Source: Callorhinchus milii (lineage: Eukaryota). Taken from it: 64,000 bases of DNA. The position numbers and the translations under genes are program-made. The DNA lies in NCBI RefSeq assembly GCF_018977255.1, contig NW_024704742.1:67768001-67832000 (forward strand), read 5' to 3'. Shown one piece after another: positions 24,001 to 33,800 of this stretch. Below the pieces are notes generated by a model. That model did no database searches. It saw only the letters and a list, made by a program, of their open reading frames with translations, and was not told the DNA's origin. Within the stretch, counting starts at the first letter, position 1, and each line of letters opens with the position of its first letter.

Positions 24001-27000
24001 AAAGTAGTTTCAAGGGGAAAGAAAAGTGACTAATGCATACCCTTCACTCTGTAGATACAGCTAGTTTTTCTTTCTCCTATGCATTCACCAACGTCAAAAT
24101 CCATCTAATGAACTGACCCGAATTTCTGGAGTCCTGGATATATTATTCACAGTTTTCACCAAATATAATGAATATTTCTCTTCAAATACATTTAGAGGTT
24201 TTCGTCACATCCCGATTTGACTTTTGCACCCCTTGCTTGTCTATCTAGCTCCACCATTCATTCACAAGCTGTACCAAACTCATCTAAAACTCCACCACCC
24301 GCTCCTAACATGCAGGTCCTCACCCTCACCTACAAGTTCATCCGCACCCTTACCACTCCGATTTCCTCCTACTCTACTCCTCCACTCAGCTAACTTGGGC
24401 TCGCTGCACATCCTCTGCCCTCTCAGCACCACCATCGGTGGCTGAGCCTTCAGTTCCTATGCCATTTAACCTCTGGAATTCCTCCCTTCTATTGATTGCC
24501 CACGAGATTATTGCCCATGACTCCAGGAGAAATTCCCTACTCTTTTCAAATAGTGCCAAGCCTCCGTTTATCATCTCATCCAAAGGACGGACCCTCCAAC
24601 AATGCAGCACATCCCCAGCAAATCACTGGAGTATCAGCCTAACAATAATAATAATCCTTGCATTCGATATAGAGTCTTATCTTCGAGACATCTCAAAGCG
24701 CTTCACAGGAATATACTGTAAAGTGAATTGACTATATATTTTGTGGGTGAACCGCAGCAACCAATTATGCACAGACTAGTAAGTAAAGCATACACTATTT
24801 GTTTCCATTTTAACTGATCTATAAAGATTGGCCAAAACTACTCTACACTGATCAGGTGTAAAACCAACAAGAATAAGGAATACTATATTCGTTGGGTTTT
24901 GGTCTGGGTTATCTTAAATGCAGAGGGCACTTTAAATGGAATGTCTCTCTGCAGAACATTTTCTACAGCCACTTGAAAATTACATTAACTCAAATTAAAG
25001 TTAGAATGGAAGGGCATGTGACAGCTACCACCGTCAGTAGATCTGGTGTTGGTATCTGTGCACAAAATAAATGATATTTATTCTTGTGTCGTGCATGTCC
25101 ATTCTAAGCTTGCCAGTTAAGCAGGCTGGAGATAATTTACTTCTGCAGCTGTTATCAAATACAGCTCTGTAAAACGCTTATCTATCAACAAGAGTTAACT
25201 CGTGGAGTCCTGTAGCTTAGTGGTTAGAGAACTCGCCTCGCAAGTGAGAGGACTTGGGTTCAATTCCCGGGCAGAGTGAAATGTTGAGTAAGTTTCCTGA
25301 CTCTATATGCCTCTGTTTACCTAGCAGTAAGTAGGAACCCATTTGTTAGTCGTTTGGGAGATCTCTTTTCCGGGGTAATAATCCCTTCAAAATAATAATA
25401 ATTTGGTCACTCAAACCACGACTGTTTGTGGGACACTGCTGCGCACAACTGGCTGCTGTGCTTCGCCCACAAAATATACAGTCAATTCACTTTACAGTAT
25501 ATTCTGTGAAGCGCTTTGAGACATCTCAACGACGTGATAAGGCCTCATATCAAAAGCAAGGATTATTATTAATAATGAAAACAAGAACAGTATGCACAAC
25601 AATAAATGACAAGTCATGTCTGAAACAGCCAGCAGCTATGAGTAGGCAGAACCCATTCCACTGCAGACTAGCACACAATCCCAGGAGTCAAGAGATAAAA
25701 CAAATGTTAAATAGTGCCCATTGGAAAGCTAGGAATCTAACTGAAGGGTTTAGATAACCAAACAGACCACAACAAGTTTAAAGTTTTTTGTACTTCACAA
25801 CAATATTCTGAATGCCCAATACTAGATTGATCCCTCGCCATCATTTCCAGTTATTATAAAATATGTACGGTTGATTGCTGTAAACAACAACAACTTGGAT
25901 TTATACAGCGCCCTCTATGCCGGACGGCGTCTCAGAGAGCTTTACAGTAACGGATCCTGGAACCAAGCGAGAGGGAGGGGGAGGAAGCTGACCAAAGGCG
26001 CGGTCAAAAAGAATTTGGGACTTTTTTTTTACACAAAAAGAATGATATAAGTCACCTATTTTGTTGAATAACACCATTGTCGATATCTCAAAGAAACATG
26101 GAGATTTCCTCTCTATTATCTGCCTTATATTCCCTCCTCATCCAAACTTACCCTGTATGCAAAATAACAATTCACCATATTTGTGTAGGCTCTCGCTGGC
26201 TTTAATTAGCTGCTGGATGACATTCACTTAACTTCTGACTGATTGATTGAATGCACTTTGAGATGATTCTTTTTAAGCAAAAGGAACCACATAAATATCA
26301 TCTATTTGTTCAAATAAAAATGCAAATGCTCCTACACTAAATACATGCCGGAACAGACTGGCTATTTAGAGACCTAATTCCAAAATGATGGCTTGCATAA
26401 TGTTAGAACAAGTCAATGAAATTATCTTTTAAAAGAATTCCTGAAATACTGAATGAAGATTCAGAAACTTTTAAGTTGCAGCAGCAAGGCTTTAAGCCCA
26501 ATATAATATAGGTAACATTACCCTCGGCTGGTCTGTAGTTGCTGACAATAGAATTTATGAATCGTGTAATGATTGTCAGGAAGTCGCTTCAAGTCAGTGT
26601 CAAATGATCAATTTGTGACCATCTTCCTGGATGGAGGGGGTGTGGGGGAGGCAGAGGCAAGCAGGGTCTCCTTGGAGCTGAGCTGGCTCCAGGGTGACAT
26701 ACTTGTCAGAAGTGAGTCAATTTTCTGTTGCAGTCGGTTTCTGAATCAGGCAGGTCCGCAGCGTTCCAGGATACTGATGATGACAGACCAGCTATCCTGG
26801 CAAGCCAAATCACTGGGAGCAGGGATTCTTCCTATGCAGCTCCTGTTAACCCTGCAAGCCAAAGCTCTAAAAGGTAGAGTGGTCCTAGCTGGACAAGCTG
26901 TTGGAAACTTACCAGACAGTGTTCCCAATGGTATTAGTTAAACTCCAGCAGAATCCTAAGCAGGGTGATCCAATCCTTTGTCTGCTGGGGGCCGGATTCC

Positions 27001-30000
27001 TTATTAGAGAAAGGTCCGCAGGCCGCATAAGCAATATTTTGTGTTTCCTTTCTAGAAACATAGCAACATTTGCACAGCATCTTTTTCATGTTGGAAGGAC
27101 ATCTTAACCGAGCACCTGAGCTGGGGTTGGGAGCCGAGAGAGGTGGGATTGGAGGAGAGAAGATGGCCCAAAGCATGGTCAAAGAGTGAGGTCTTGACGT
27201 GTGCCTTGAAAGAAGGGAGGGAGAGAGCGAATCGGAGTGACTCCAGCAATGGTACTCCAGAGAGTGGGGCAAAATGGACATGGCGGGGCAGAGGGTGGGG
27301 GGATATGAAACAAGCTGCGTTTGCTCTGCAGAGGGAACGGCCAGGTCAGGAGGTCACAGAGGTGGGCGGAATGAAGAAAGCAGAGAAGTTTTCGACTGGG
27401 GAAAGAAGGAGCTTTCTGTGAGGAAACTGCACAGTCTCTGTCCTTAGTCATCGGCCCACCCCCTGCGCGGCAGCCTGACAATGAATCAAGAAATGCTGAC
27501 GCACTTTTTTCTCTCTCTCTCTGCTCTCTCACTCTTTTTGTTTCTTCTCTCCCCCACTCTCCCTCACGCTCTCTCTCTCATGCACTCTCTCCCTCTCTCT
27601 CACACACTCACTCTCTCTCTCTCTCAATTACTCTTTCTCACTCCCCTCTCACACCTCTCAATCGCTCTCTCCTTCCATTTCTTTCTCTCCCCCTCTCCCT
27701 CACATAGTCTCTCTCTCCCCCTCGAGGGACTCCATGATGGAATTCCAGAGGGTGGGGGCAGAGTGGCAGAAGGCCCACCCACCAATGGTGGGGCGGGAGA
27801 GGCAGAGGATGTTAAACAGGCCAGAGCCCGCTGAGCGGAGGGATTGGGCTGATTGGAAGGGGTTAGAAGATCGCAGAGGTAGGAGGGAGCGAGGCCGTGG
27901 AGGCCTTTGAAGGTGAGGACCAGGATCTTGAACTGTATCCTCTGTGTGATGGGAAGCCAGTGGAGCACAGCGAGGATGGGGGTGATAGGGTCATGGAGCC
28001 TGGTGCAGGAGAGGACATAGGCTGCAGAGTTCTGGATGATCTGCAGTCTATGGAGGGAGGAGTCGGGGAGGCCGACAAACAGGGAATTGGCATAGTCGAG
28101 CCTGGATATTATGAACGCGTGGATGAGGGTCTCGGCGGCCTGCAGTGTAAGACAGTGGCGGAGCTAGGCAATGTTACGGAGGTGGGGGAATGTTTCCGGA
28201 CTGGCTTAGTAAGGTGGAGTGTGCATCCTTGGATGGTGATGCTGTCAATGCCTGAGGTGTGGAGGCGCTGACAGAAGCCTCGGTCTTGTTGACATTCAAC
28301 TGTAAAAAGTTCGCTCTCATCCAGGACTTGATGTCTGACAGATATTCTGTCAGGACAGCAGTGGTCCTGGAGTCGAAGGTGGAGGCAGAGAGGTAGAGTT
28401 GGGTGTCATCTGCATACATGTGGAAAGTGACCCCATGTCTGTGGATGATGTCACCAAGAGGGAGCATATTGATATGGAAAAGGATACCAAGGGCAGAGCC
28501 CTGAGGAACACCGCACAAGATGTTGCGGGAACTAGAGGAGAAGCCATTTGTGGAGATGAAGAGGAGACGGTGTGAGAGGTGTGATCTGAACCAATCAAGG
28601 ACAAAACCATGAAGGTTGAGTTAAGAGAGGCAGTGAAGGAGTTTAAGAGTGGTCAACGGCACTGAAGGCAGGAGAGAGGTCAAAGAGGACGAGGAGGCAG
28701 AGGGAGCCCTGGTCGATGATGGACACTTAGGCAAGTACAGGATCAACTATTATCTCCCCTACATACTGTCAGTGGTGAGCCTAAGTTTAATACCGCTGTT
28801 GATTTGTGAAAATCAGTCATCGAAGTTGGAATTAGAATTAATTTAAGTCTAGATACATCAATCTAATTTTGAGAGGGTAAGGGGAACCTTGAGACTGTTT
28901 TCGGTGATACAAAAGCAAAGAATATATTTTTAATAAATAAAATCCCTGTAAAATTAGCTGATTAAATTATTGACAGCTAAATGATCTAAACCATTTTTGA
29001 CAATAGGTACTATGGTGTTTATTAGATGCAAAAACAACTGCTGTCTGTTAATTGGCAACCTGCCACATTAACAAAACTGAATGCAAGGATTAATTTTACT
29101 GGACTCATTTCTTCCGGACAGCAGCAAAGGATTGCACATGGTTACAAATACATCTAATGGAAACACAGTGATGAGGGCCAATAATTTGTGCTTTGAAGTC
29201 TACTCTAGTTCAAAGCATCTGCGGATTCTGCGGTTAGTGATGGACAAGACTGGGATTTGATTTAAGAATTGGTATTACCTACCCTGAAAAGGGAAAAACA
29301 CAACACGTTCAAATCGGTTTCTAATCTAACTCATTCTTAAAAATCTGAGCCATACTAATTCCCTGACGTCCAATGTCCTATAATTCTATATATCAGCATA
29401 TTAAAAGCTGCAAAAGTTGTAAGGGTTTTTTTGCATTAAAAATCAAAAATGGGGGTGACACAGCAAACGTTTTAAAACGACCAACGTTTCAACGGGGAAC
29501 AAGGTCATGTCCTTTTCCCTGTGTGTGCCGCCTGTCTTTAATGCGAAACCCTTTAAGTTGCACGTGTTCCTCCGAAGAGGAAGACACACATGTGTATGCA
29601 TCTGACTGGATGGAGAGTGGAAAATCGGATTTCTTTCACCGGGTGCCAAAAAAACAAAACGAAATATGTGCAATCACTTTTTCCCCTTCTGTCTCCCAAA
29701 ATGACTGGGGAGCCTCCCTTCTGCAACTCCTGTCATTACCGCGCGACTGCTGCTCAACCTACCCTGGGTAGGACCTGAACTCCCGCCCCTCTCCCTCTCT
29801 GTACACTGATTGGCTGACGGGCCCCGCCAGTCATACCAACGCGGGGTCCCGTTGGGCGCCACCTGCGTCAATCAGACGCACGCCGGTCACGCCCCGCCCA
29901 ACAGGTTAGGCTGCATCCGCTTTAACGGCCTGTGCTGAGGGCTGCTCGCGCCCTTTGCCATTAACCCAATCGATTAGAAAAGGTTACGGCACTGCCTTTT

Positions 30001-30143
30001 TTCAAATAAAATAGTAATATATATCGGAGCGCGCTGCAAACACACAACCATTAGCCCGGGGGGGGAGGGGGGAGAGGAGGAGGGAACCGTTCTTCCTTTC
30101 TCACCTTTAATGTCGGCGCCGCTTTGTGAGGAATCCGCAGCAT
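1..30143 (-). CDS. IMMT: MICOS complex subunit MIC60 / mitofilin; multi-exon gene, 3' end runs off the window
   Basis: 15 exons splice into one open frame of 584 codons: 30105-30143, 22281-22354, 21278-21467, 17848-17968, 16321-16485, 14088-14207, 13840-13976, 12615-12718, 10965-11100, 10076-10205, 6383-6397, 3292-3515, 2326-2457, 1533-1662, 1-35. Recognisable motifs: [14 protein letters not shown] (TM), [63 protein letters not shown]. Confidence 0.97.
967..1291 (-). mobile_element. SINE family A (further copies near 12280-12512, 47030-47345, 59250-59440, 60115-60450, 62150-62375)
   Basis: B-box remnant and the shared tail. Confidence 0.85.
1533..1662 (-). CDS. IMMT: IMMT exon 14 (EVEQKRHE...LKGIEKAVE)
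   Basis: 130 nt; canonical sites. Confidence 0.95.
2326..2457 (-). CDS. IMMT: IMMT exon 13 ([27 protein letters not shown]...YQD)
   Basis: 132 nt; GAT|gtaagt donor. Confidence 0.96.
3292..3515 (-). CDS. IMMT: IMMT exon 12 ([14 protein letters not shown]...EQDKK)
   Basis: 224 nt; canonical sites. Confidence 0.96.
5539..5750. repeat. 180-bp fold-back palindrome, Penelope-like terminal-repeat relic
   Basis: Arms 5539-5619 and 5638-5718 are imperfectly complementary; a more decayed copy lies at about 17640-17790. Confidence 0.75.
6383..6397 (-). CDS. IMMT: IMMT 15-nt microexon (K-VSDL-A)
   Basis: ccttccttttcgttacag|AGGTGTCTGACTTAG|gtgagt; phase 1-1; VSDL is the peptide I recall at this position in mammalian IMMT. 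Confidence 0.88.
   Translation of the reverse strand, partial: RCLT
7090..7605. mobile_element. Two LF-SINE-like relics in opposite orientation (7090-7290 minus, 7290-7605 plus)
   Basis: gcccaagtggccatt...gacagtgagtgtcagcagg...ggagcaggaacccagct, then gatctcagct...ctttcaggagggggagg. Confidence 0.55.
7882..8118. mobile_element. Non-autonomous Tc1/mariner (pogo/Tigger-like) MITE
   Basis: TA|CAGGCTGACATCGGTATAAC ... GTTATTACCAAAGGCAGCCTG imperfect TIRs; internal repeats of (g)atataacaa. Confidence 0.55.
10076..10205 (-). CDS. IMMT: IMMT exon 10 ([14 protein letters not shown]...[12 protein letters not shown])
   Basis: 130 nt; canonical AG/GT sites. Confidence 0.95.
10965..11100 (-). CDS. IMMT: IMMT exon 9 ([14 protein letters not shown]...LDDVVRK)
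   Basis: 136 nt; canonical AG/GT sites. Confidence 0.95.
12615..12718 (-). CDS. IMMT: IMMT exon 8 ([17 protein letters not shown]...LLKAK)
   Basis: 104 nt; tcag| acceptor; AA|gtaagt donor. Confidence 0.94.
13020..13361 (-). mobile_element. LF-SINE-like element
   Basis: Minus strand reads ctaagccatacagattgcgaaggtcccaggtttgattc...gagttggctaatctc...ggttcctgttcctaattgctatc, matching my recollection of the LF-SINE consensus. Confidence 0.65.
13840..13976 (-). CDS. IMMT: IMMT exon 7 ([11 protein letters not shown]...AMDNSE)
   Basis: 137 nt; aaag| acceptor; GAG|gtaaaa donor. Confidence 0.94.
14088..14207 (-). CDS. IMMT: IMMT exon 6 (...[24 protein letters not shown])
   Basis: 120 nt, phase 1-1; donor is non-canonical ATG|gcaagt. 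Confidence 0.88.
14471..15512 (-). mobile_element. 5'-truncated L2 LINE
   Basis: [30 protein letters not shown] and an L2 tail. Confidence 0.9.
16321..16485 (-). CDS. IMMT: IMMT exon 5 ([20 protein letters not shown]...)
   Basis: ttcag| acceptor; CTG|gtaagt donor; 165 nt, phase 1-1. Confidence 0.9.
17243..17345. repeat. 18-bp minisatellite (GGCAGACAGGCAGGCACA)n, degenerating
   Basis: About three near-exact units, then decay. Confidence 0.85.
17848..17968 (-). CDS. IMMT: IMMT exon 4 ([22 protein letters not shown]...)
   Basis: GPLKI motif; aag|GAG tandem acceptor, so the start could be 17965; A|gtaatt donor in phase 1. Confidence 0.85.
18664..21140 (-). mobile_element. Decayed L2-clade LINE with APE endonuclease and RT remnants and an internal deletion
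   Basis: Frameshifted fragments [12 protein letters not shown]...[58 protein letters not shown]; (TTG)n tail at 18664. Confidence 0.9.
21278..21467 (-). CDS. IMMT: IMMT exon 3, transmembrane segment ([28 protein letters not shown]...PKKQ)
   Basis: 190 nt; cag| acceptor and CAG|gtatgt donor. Confidence 0.96.
22281..22354 (-). CDS. IMMT: IMMT exon 2, [25 protein letters not shown]
   Basis: cag| acceptor after a C17 tract; GG|gtatgt donor; 74 nt. Confidence 0.93.
22830..23235 (-). mobile_element. L2 3' fragment
   Basis: [18 protein letters not shown] and APRLWNSLP. Confidence 0.85.
24225..24490 (+). mobile_element. Old L2 3' fragment
   Basis: accatcggtggctgagccttcag...ctctggaattcc matches the other L2 copies. 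Confidence 0.6.
25204..25572 (+). mobile_element. tRNA-derived SINE family A, near full length
   Basis: A-box TAGCTTAGTGG, B-box GGTTCAATTCC, L2-like tail and (TTA)n. Confidence 0.9.
27060..28730 (-). mobile_element. L2 pieces (27060-27380 and 27725-28730) separated by a CT-rich tract
   Basis: [32 protein letters not shown]. Confidence 0.88.
30105..30143 (-). CDS. IMMT: IMMT exon 1 coding part, [13 protein letters not shown] (start of mitochondrial presequence)
   Basis: ATG at 30143 in a CpG island; donor AAG|gtgaga; phase 0 fits exon 2. Confidence 0.88.
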
Positions 30144-30772
30144 CTTTTGTTTATTTGTTTTGTGTAGCGACCGTTTTTTCTCCCTCCAGTGATCGCGCGG
30201 TGAGGCGGGGCCCTGCTCCGGGAGCTGCTAGAACATCGTCTTCCCTTTGGTTAAAATAACAAAACACGAGAGAAAGGGAGAGGGGGGGAGAGAGAGAGAG
30301 AGGGGGGGAGAGAGAGGTGGGCGGCTGCTGTTTGAAACGATGGTGTGAATGGGCCCGAGGCGCCTCTCTCTCTCTCTCTCTCTGTCAGTCGGTTTCTCCT
30401 CTGTGTGGGAGCGCCGCCGCCGCCCCGCCCCCTCACGCAGTACGTACGCCCCCCCGATGACGCGGCCAGGGCACGCACAGCACGTTGTCGTGGTTGGGCG
30501 GTTTCACGCCCAATTTGCCCGCGCGTGAACAAACAAACCGCTTTGGGCGGGTAAGCTGTTTTTTTTTAAAAAAACTGTTGCTTCAACCTGCGAAACGTTT
30601 TTTTTCTCTCCTTTGAAGACCTTTTCTTACACAGTTTCAAAAGCAGTACGACCTAAATTGTCCACTTGGCTGCTACCCCCTCCATCGGAGGCAACGCGTG
30701 ACATTGGGCTACTTTTGGGCTACAAACTGATTTACAGCGGTGACCTTCTCGCGCTGTAAGTGACGGTTGAAG

Positions 30773-30806
30773 ATGGCGGCGGCGGCGGCGCTGCGGACCG
30801 CGAGAG
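30773..30806 (+). CDS. MRPL35: MRPL35 exon 1 ([11 protein letters not shown])
   Basis: aagATGG Kozak context; AG|gtcagt donor; phase 1. Confidence 0.9.
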
Positions 30807-33800
30807 GTCAGTCTGTCTGTTTGCAGTGAACACGAACCGGCAGCGGACACTCCGGGGCCACACAGCGAGAGACAGAGAGAGACAGTCTGAAGGGGGAGAG
30901 ATGGACAATGGTTGACTGAGAGACGAGAGTGTGAGAGACTAACTGTGTGTGAGAGAGGCCCTGTGATGGGGAGAGGGAGAGTGTGAGGAAGTGAGGCTCT
31001 GCCTGTGATGGAGAGTCGGTCTGACACGTTGTGGAGAGAGGAAGTGTGCGTTGAAGAGAGGGAGACCGAGGCTCGACTGTGCAAACTCCCTGTCTGTCAT
31101 CCTCCCCAACCCCTCCCTCCCCAGGCTGCAGGTCATCCAGAGCTCTGCAGCCCGTGTCCTCTCCTGCACCAAACCCCATGACCCTATCACCCCCGTCCTC
31201 GCCCGACTCCATTGGCTTCCCATCACACAGAGGGTACAGTCCAAGATCCTGGTCCTCACCTTCAAAGCCCTCCATGGCCTCGCTCCCCCGTACCACTGCG
31301 ACCTCCTAACCCCCTCCCACCCTGCCCGCTCCCCCCGCTCAGCGGGCTCCGGCCTGCTTCACGTCCCCCGCTTCGCTTGCCCCACCATTGGTGGGCGGGC
31401 CTTCTGCCACTCTGCCGCTGCCCTCTGCAACTCCATCCCGCAGTCCCTCTGTCTCGTCTGCTCCCTCGCCACCTTCAAGACCCATCTCGAGACCCTCCTC
31501 TTCGACTGTGCTTTCGATCACCCTGCTTCCCCCCCTGCCCTCCAGCCTTCCCAATCCCGCCCCCGCAGCTCGGGTCCAAGACACTGACTGTCCAGCGCCT
31601 TGGGACTTCCTCCTGACATGAAAGGCGCTATACAAATGCAATTTTGTTGCTGTTGTCCTGTATGCGATAGACTGTGAGATACTGAGGCATTTTAATAACA
31701 TGCTTTGGAACAACTTGCATTTTATATAAATATTTTATATTTTTGATATAAACTTGCATTTATATAGCTCCCTTCACGCGGGGTAGCCTCTCAGAGCACT
31801 TGACAGTGGTGGGAGTCTGACTCCGAGCCAGGAGAGTGTGCATTTATAAAGCAAATAGCATGTGGACATTTCTCACTGTGTGTGGCCGGCTGGTTCCTAT
31901 GCTACAAATGGCCAACATCCAGGTCATTAGGTCACTTCCTGTGCACTGTGCGGCATGCAGGAAGTGACATCAGCAAAGACCCGATCACCTGGAAGTCGGC
32001 TTTGTTTCCGTGCAAGAACTGGCAGACACGTGGAAACCGAGTCTGACAACCGCACAGTAAAACCAGCTATTAGGTTATAAAGTGGGTTGGGATATATATT
32101 TTATAGATCCAATCATTGTTTTGTGGAGGAGGTCAACTGTTTAACCATTAGTTCTTTAATGAAGTTTGTCATAAGGATAATTGTACTTCTCTCCTTTGTG
32201 GGCACATCAACACCCTTAAGTGCACCTTTTTCTCCTTCGTACTCCCTGTCATTATGTAAAGTGCTTCCAGCCATTAGTCTTATGTGAAAAGTGCTATACA
32301 AGTGCAAGATGCTGTACAATTGCATTGATGGTAAAGGCATCAAGCTTCACCACCGTTAGCACTTCAAGGCACTACCCCATATATTGCTATGTAAATGCAA
32401 GTTGTTGTAATAATTGTGGTTTGTAAAAAAAATTATTGTGACAGATGGATTTGGTAGATAAATGATTATAGGCATAACTGGAAGTATTGTGCTCCACATG
32501 CGCTCATGCAAAGAAAATGCCTTTTTTTCTTTAGGATCCTTGAGGCACGTCCTTTCTCTGGCACACAGAAATGTCCCAAGAGACCCATGTGTTGCACAGC
32601 TCGTCTCCCGGTTTTCCACCTTCAACCTCCGACATATTAAACCACCAGCCGTTTCCACAATAGCCAACCTGACATCTCCTTTGCGGAATAACCTTATCTG
32701 TGGGCATGAATCCTTTGTTCTCAAGAGGTGTGTGTTTAACATCAAAGTCTACTATTCTGAGAGAAAAAGATTGTTTCACTTTGGAGGTTCAGGCAATGAC
32801 TCCCTACCAAAATATTGTGAGCTTATTAAATCATTCAAAACTTTACAGAAGGGGAAGGTATTCAACCCATTATGTCTGTGCTGTTGCTTACTTCCCCATT
32901 GGAGCTATCTGCTCTTTCCCTGTACCTGTAGATTTCAGCTTGGCTCAGCCGGTAGCACTCATGTTGTTGAGTCAGAAGGTTGTGGGTTCAAGCACCACGC
33001 CAGGACTTGGATCACATAGTCTAAGGTGACACCCTAAAGCGGTGTTGCATTGTCAGAGTTGCCATCCTTTGATGAGACATTCAACCATAACTCTCTGCCT
33101 GTTCAGGTGGATGTTAGAGATCCCATAGTGCTACGTGATAAGAGAATGCCATTTCTCCAGGTTGTCCTGGCCAACAATCCCCACAATAAAATTGGTCACT
33201 CACTCCATGGCTATTTGTGGGACATTGCTGTGTACAACCGGCAACTCTTGACTGGCACCTTCTAGCCTGTGCCACCTACTGCGCAAAGCTCATGAGGAGG
33301 TGCTACTTACCCTTGTTTGAACTGGGGTTAAATAGTGGCGATGTAGTGCTGGAAACAATTTGAGGTTATGATTATCGCTCAGTGTTCCCTTAATAGTTCA
33401 GTCTATTTGTCTGGTGTGTAATTGAGCCATATAAACCAGGATGTTCCCAGGGTTAACCCCTGATTTGTACTGAGTTTGCTCATCTCACCCAGGGTGTTTG
33501 TAGGGCTTGCAACTGGTTTCAAAATTTCTGTGTTCAGGAGGGAAAAATCAGTGACTTCCACTTAAAAATGCCTGTATATGGGGTGAGGACAAGGATCTGG
33601 CACGAGCAACACCACTCACTATGAAGGTTCACAAATGAATAATGACCACTTGTGGGAAAGTGCTAGAGGTGTCCATAACACACTGGGAATCTATTCTTCA
33701 ACAAAAAGAAACAAATAGGCAACATGTTCAAGAAAGCGAGGGTGCAGTTGGCATGGGGGGAAAATATCACGCTTAAGAATAGTTGCTTGAGTGTGGCTGA

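Larger units (their letters stand above)
29740..30870. promoter_or_regulatory. CpG island / bidirectional promoter of IMMT and MRPL35
   Basis: Divergent ATGs at 30143(-) and 30773(+); CpG-rich against a CpG-poor background; GC boxes (CCCGCCC), CCAAT/ATTGG boxes and YY1-type AAGATGGCGGC. Confidence 0.85.
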
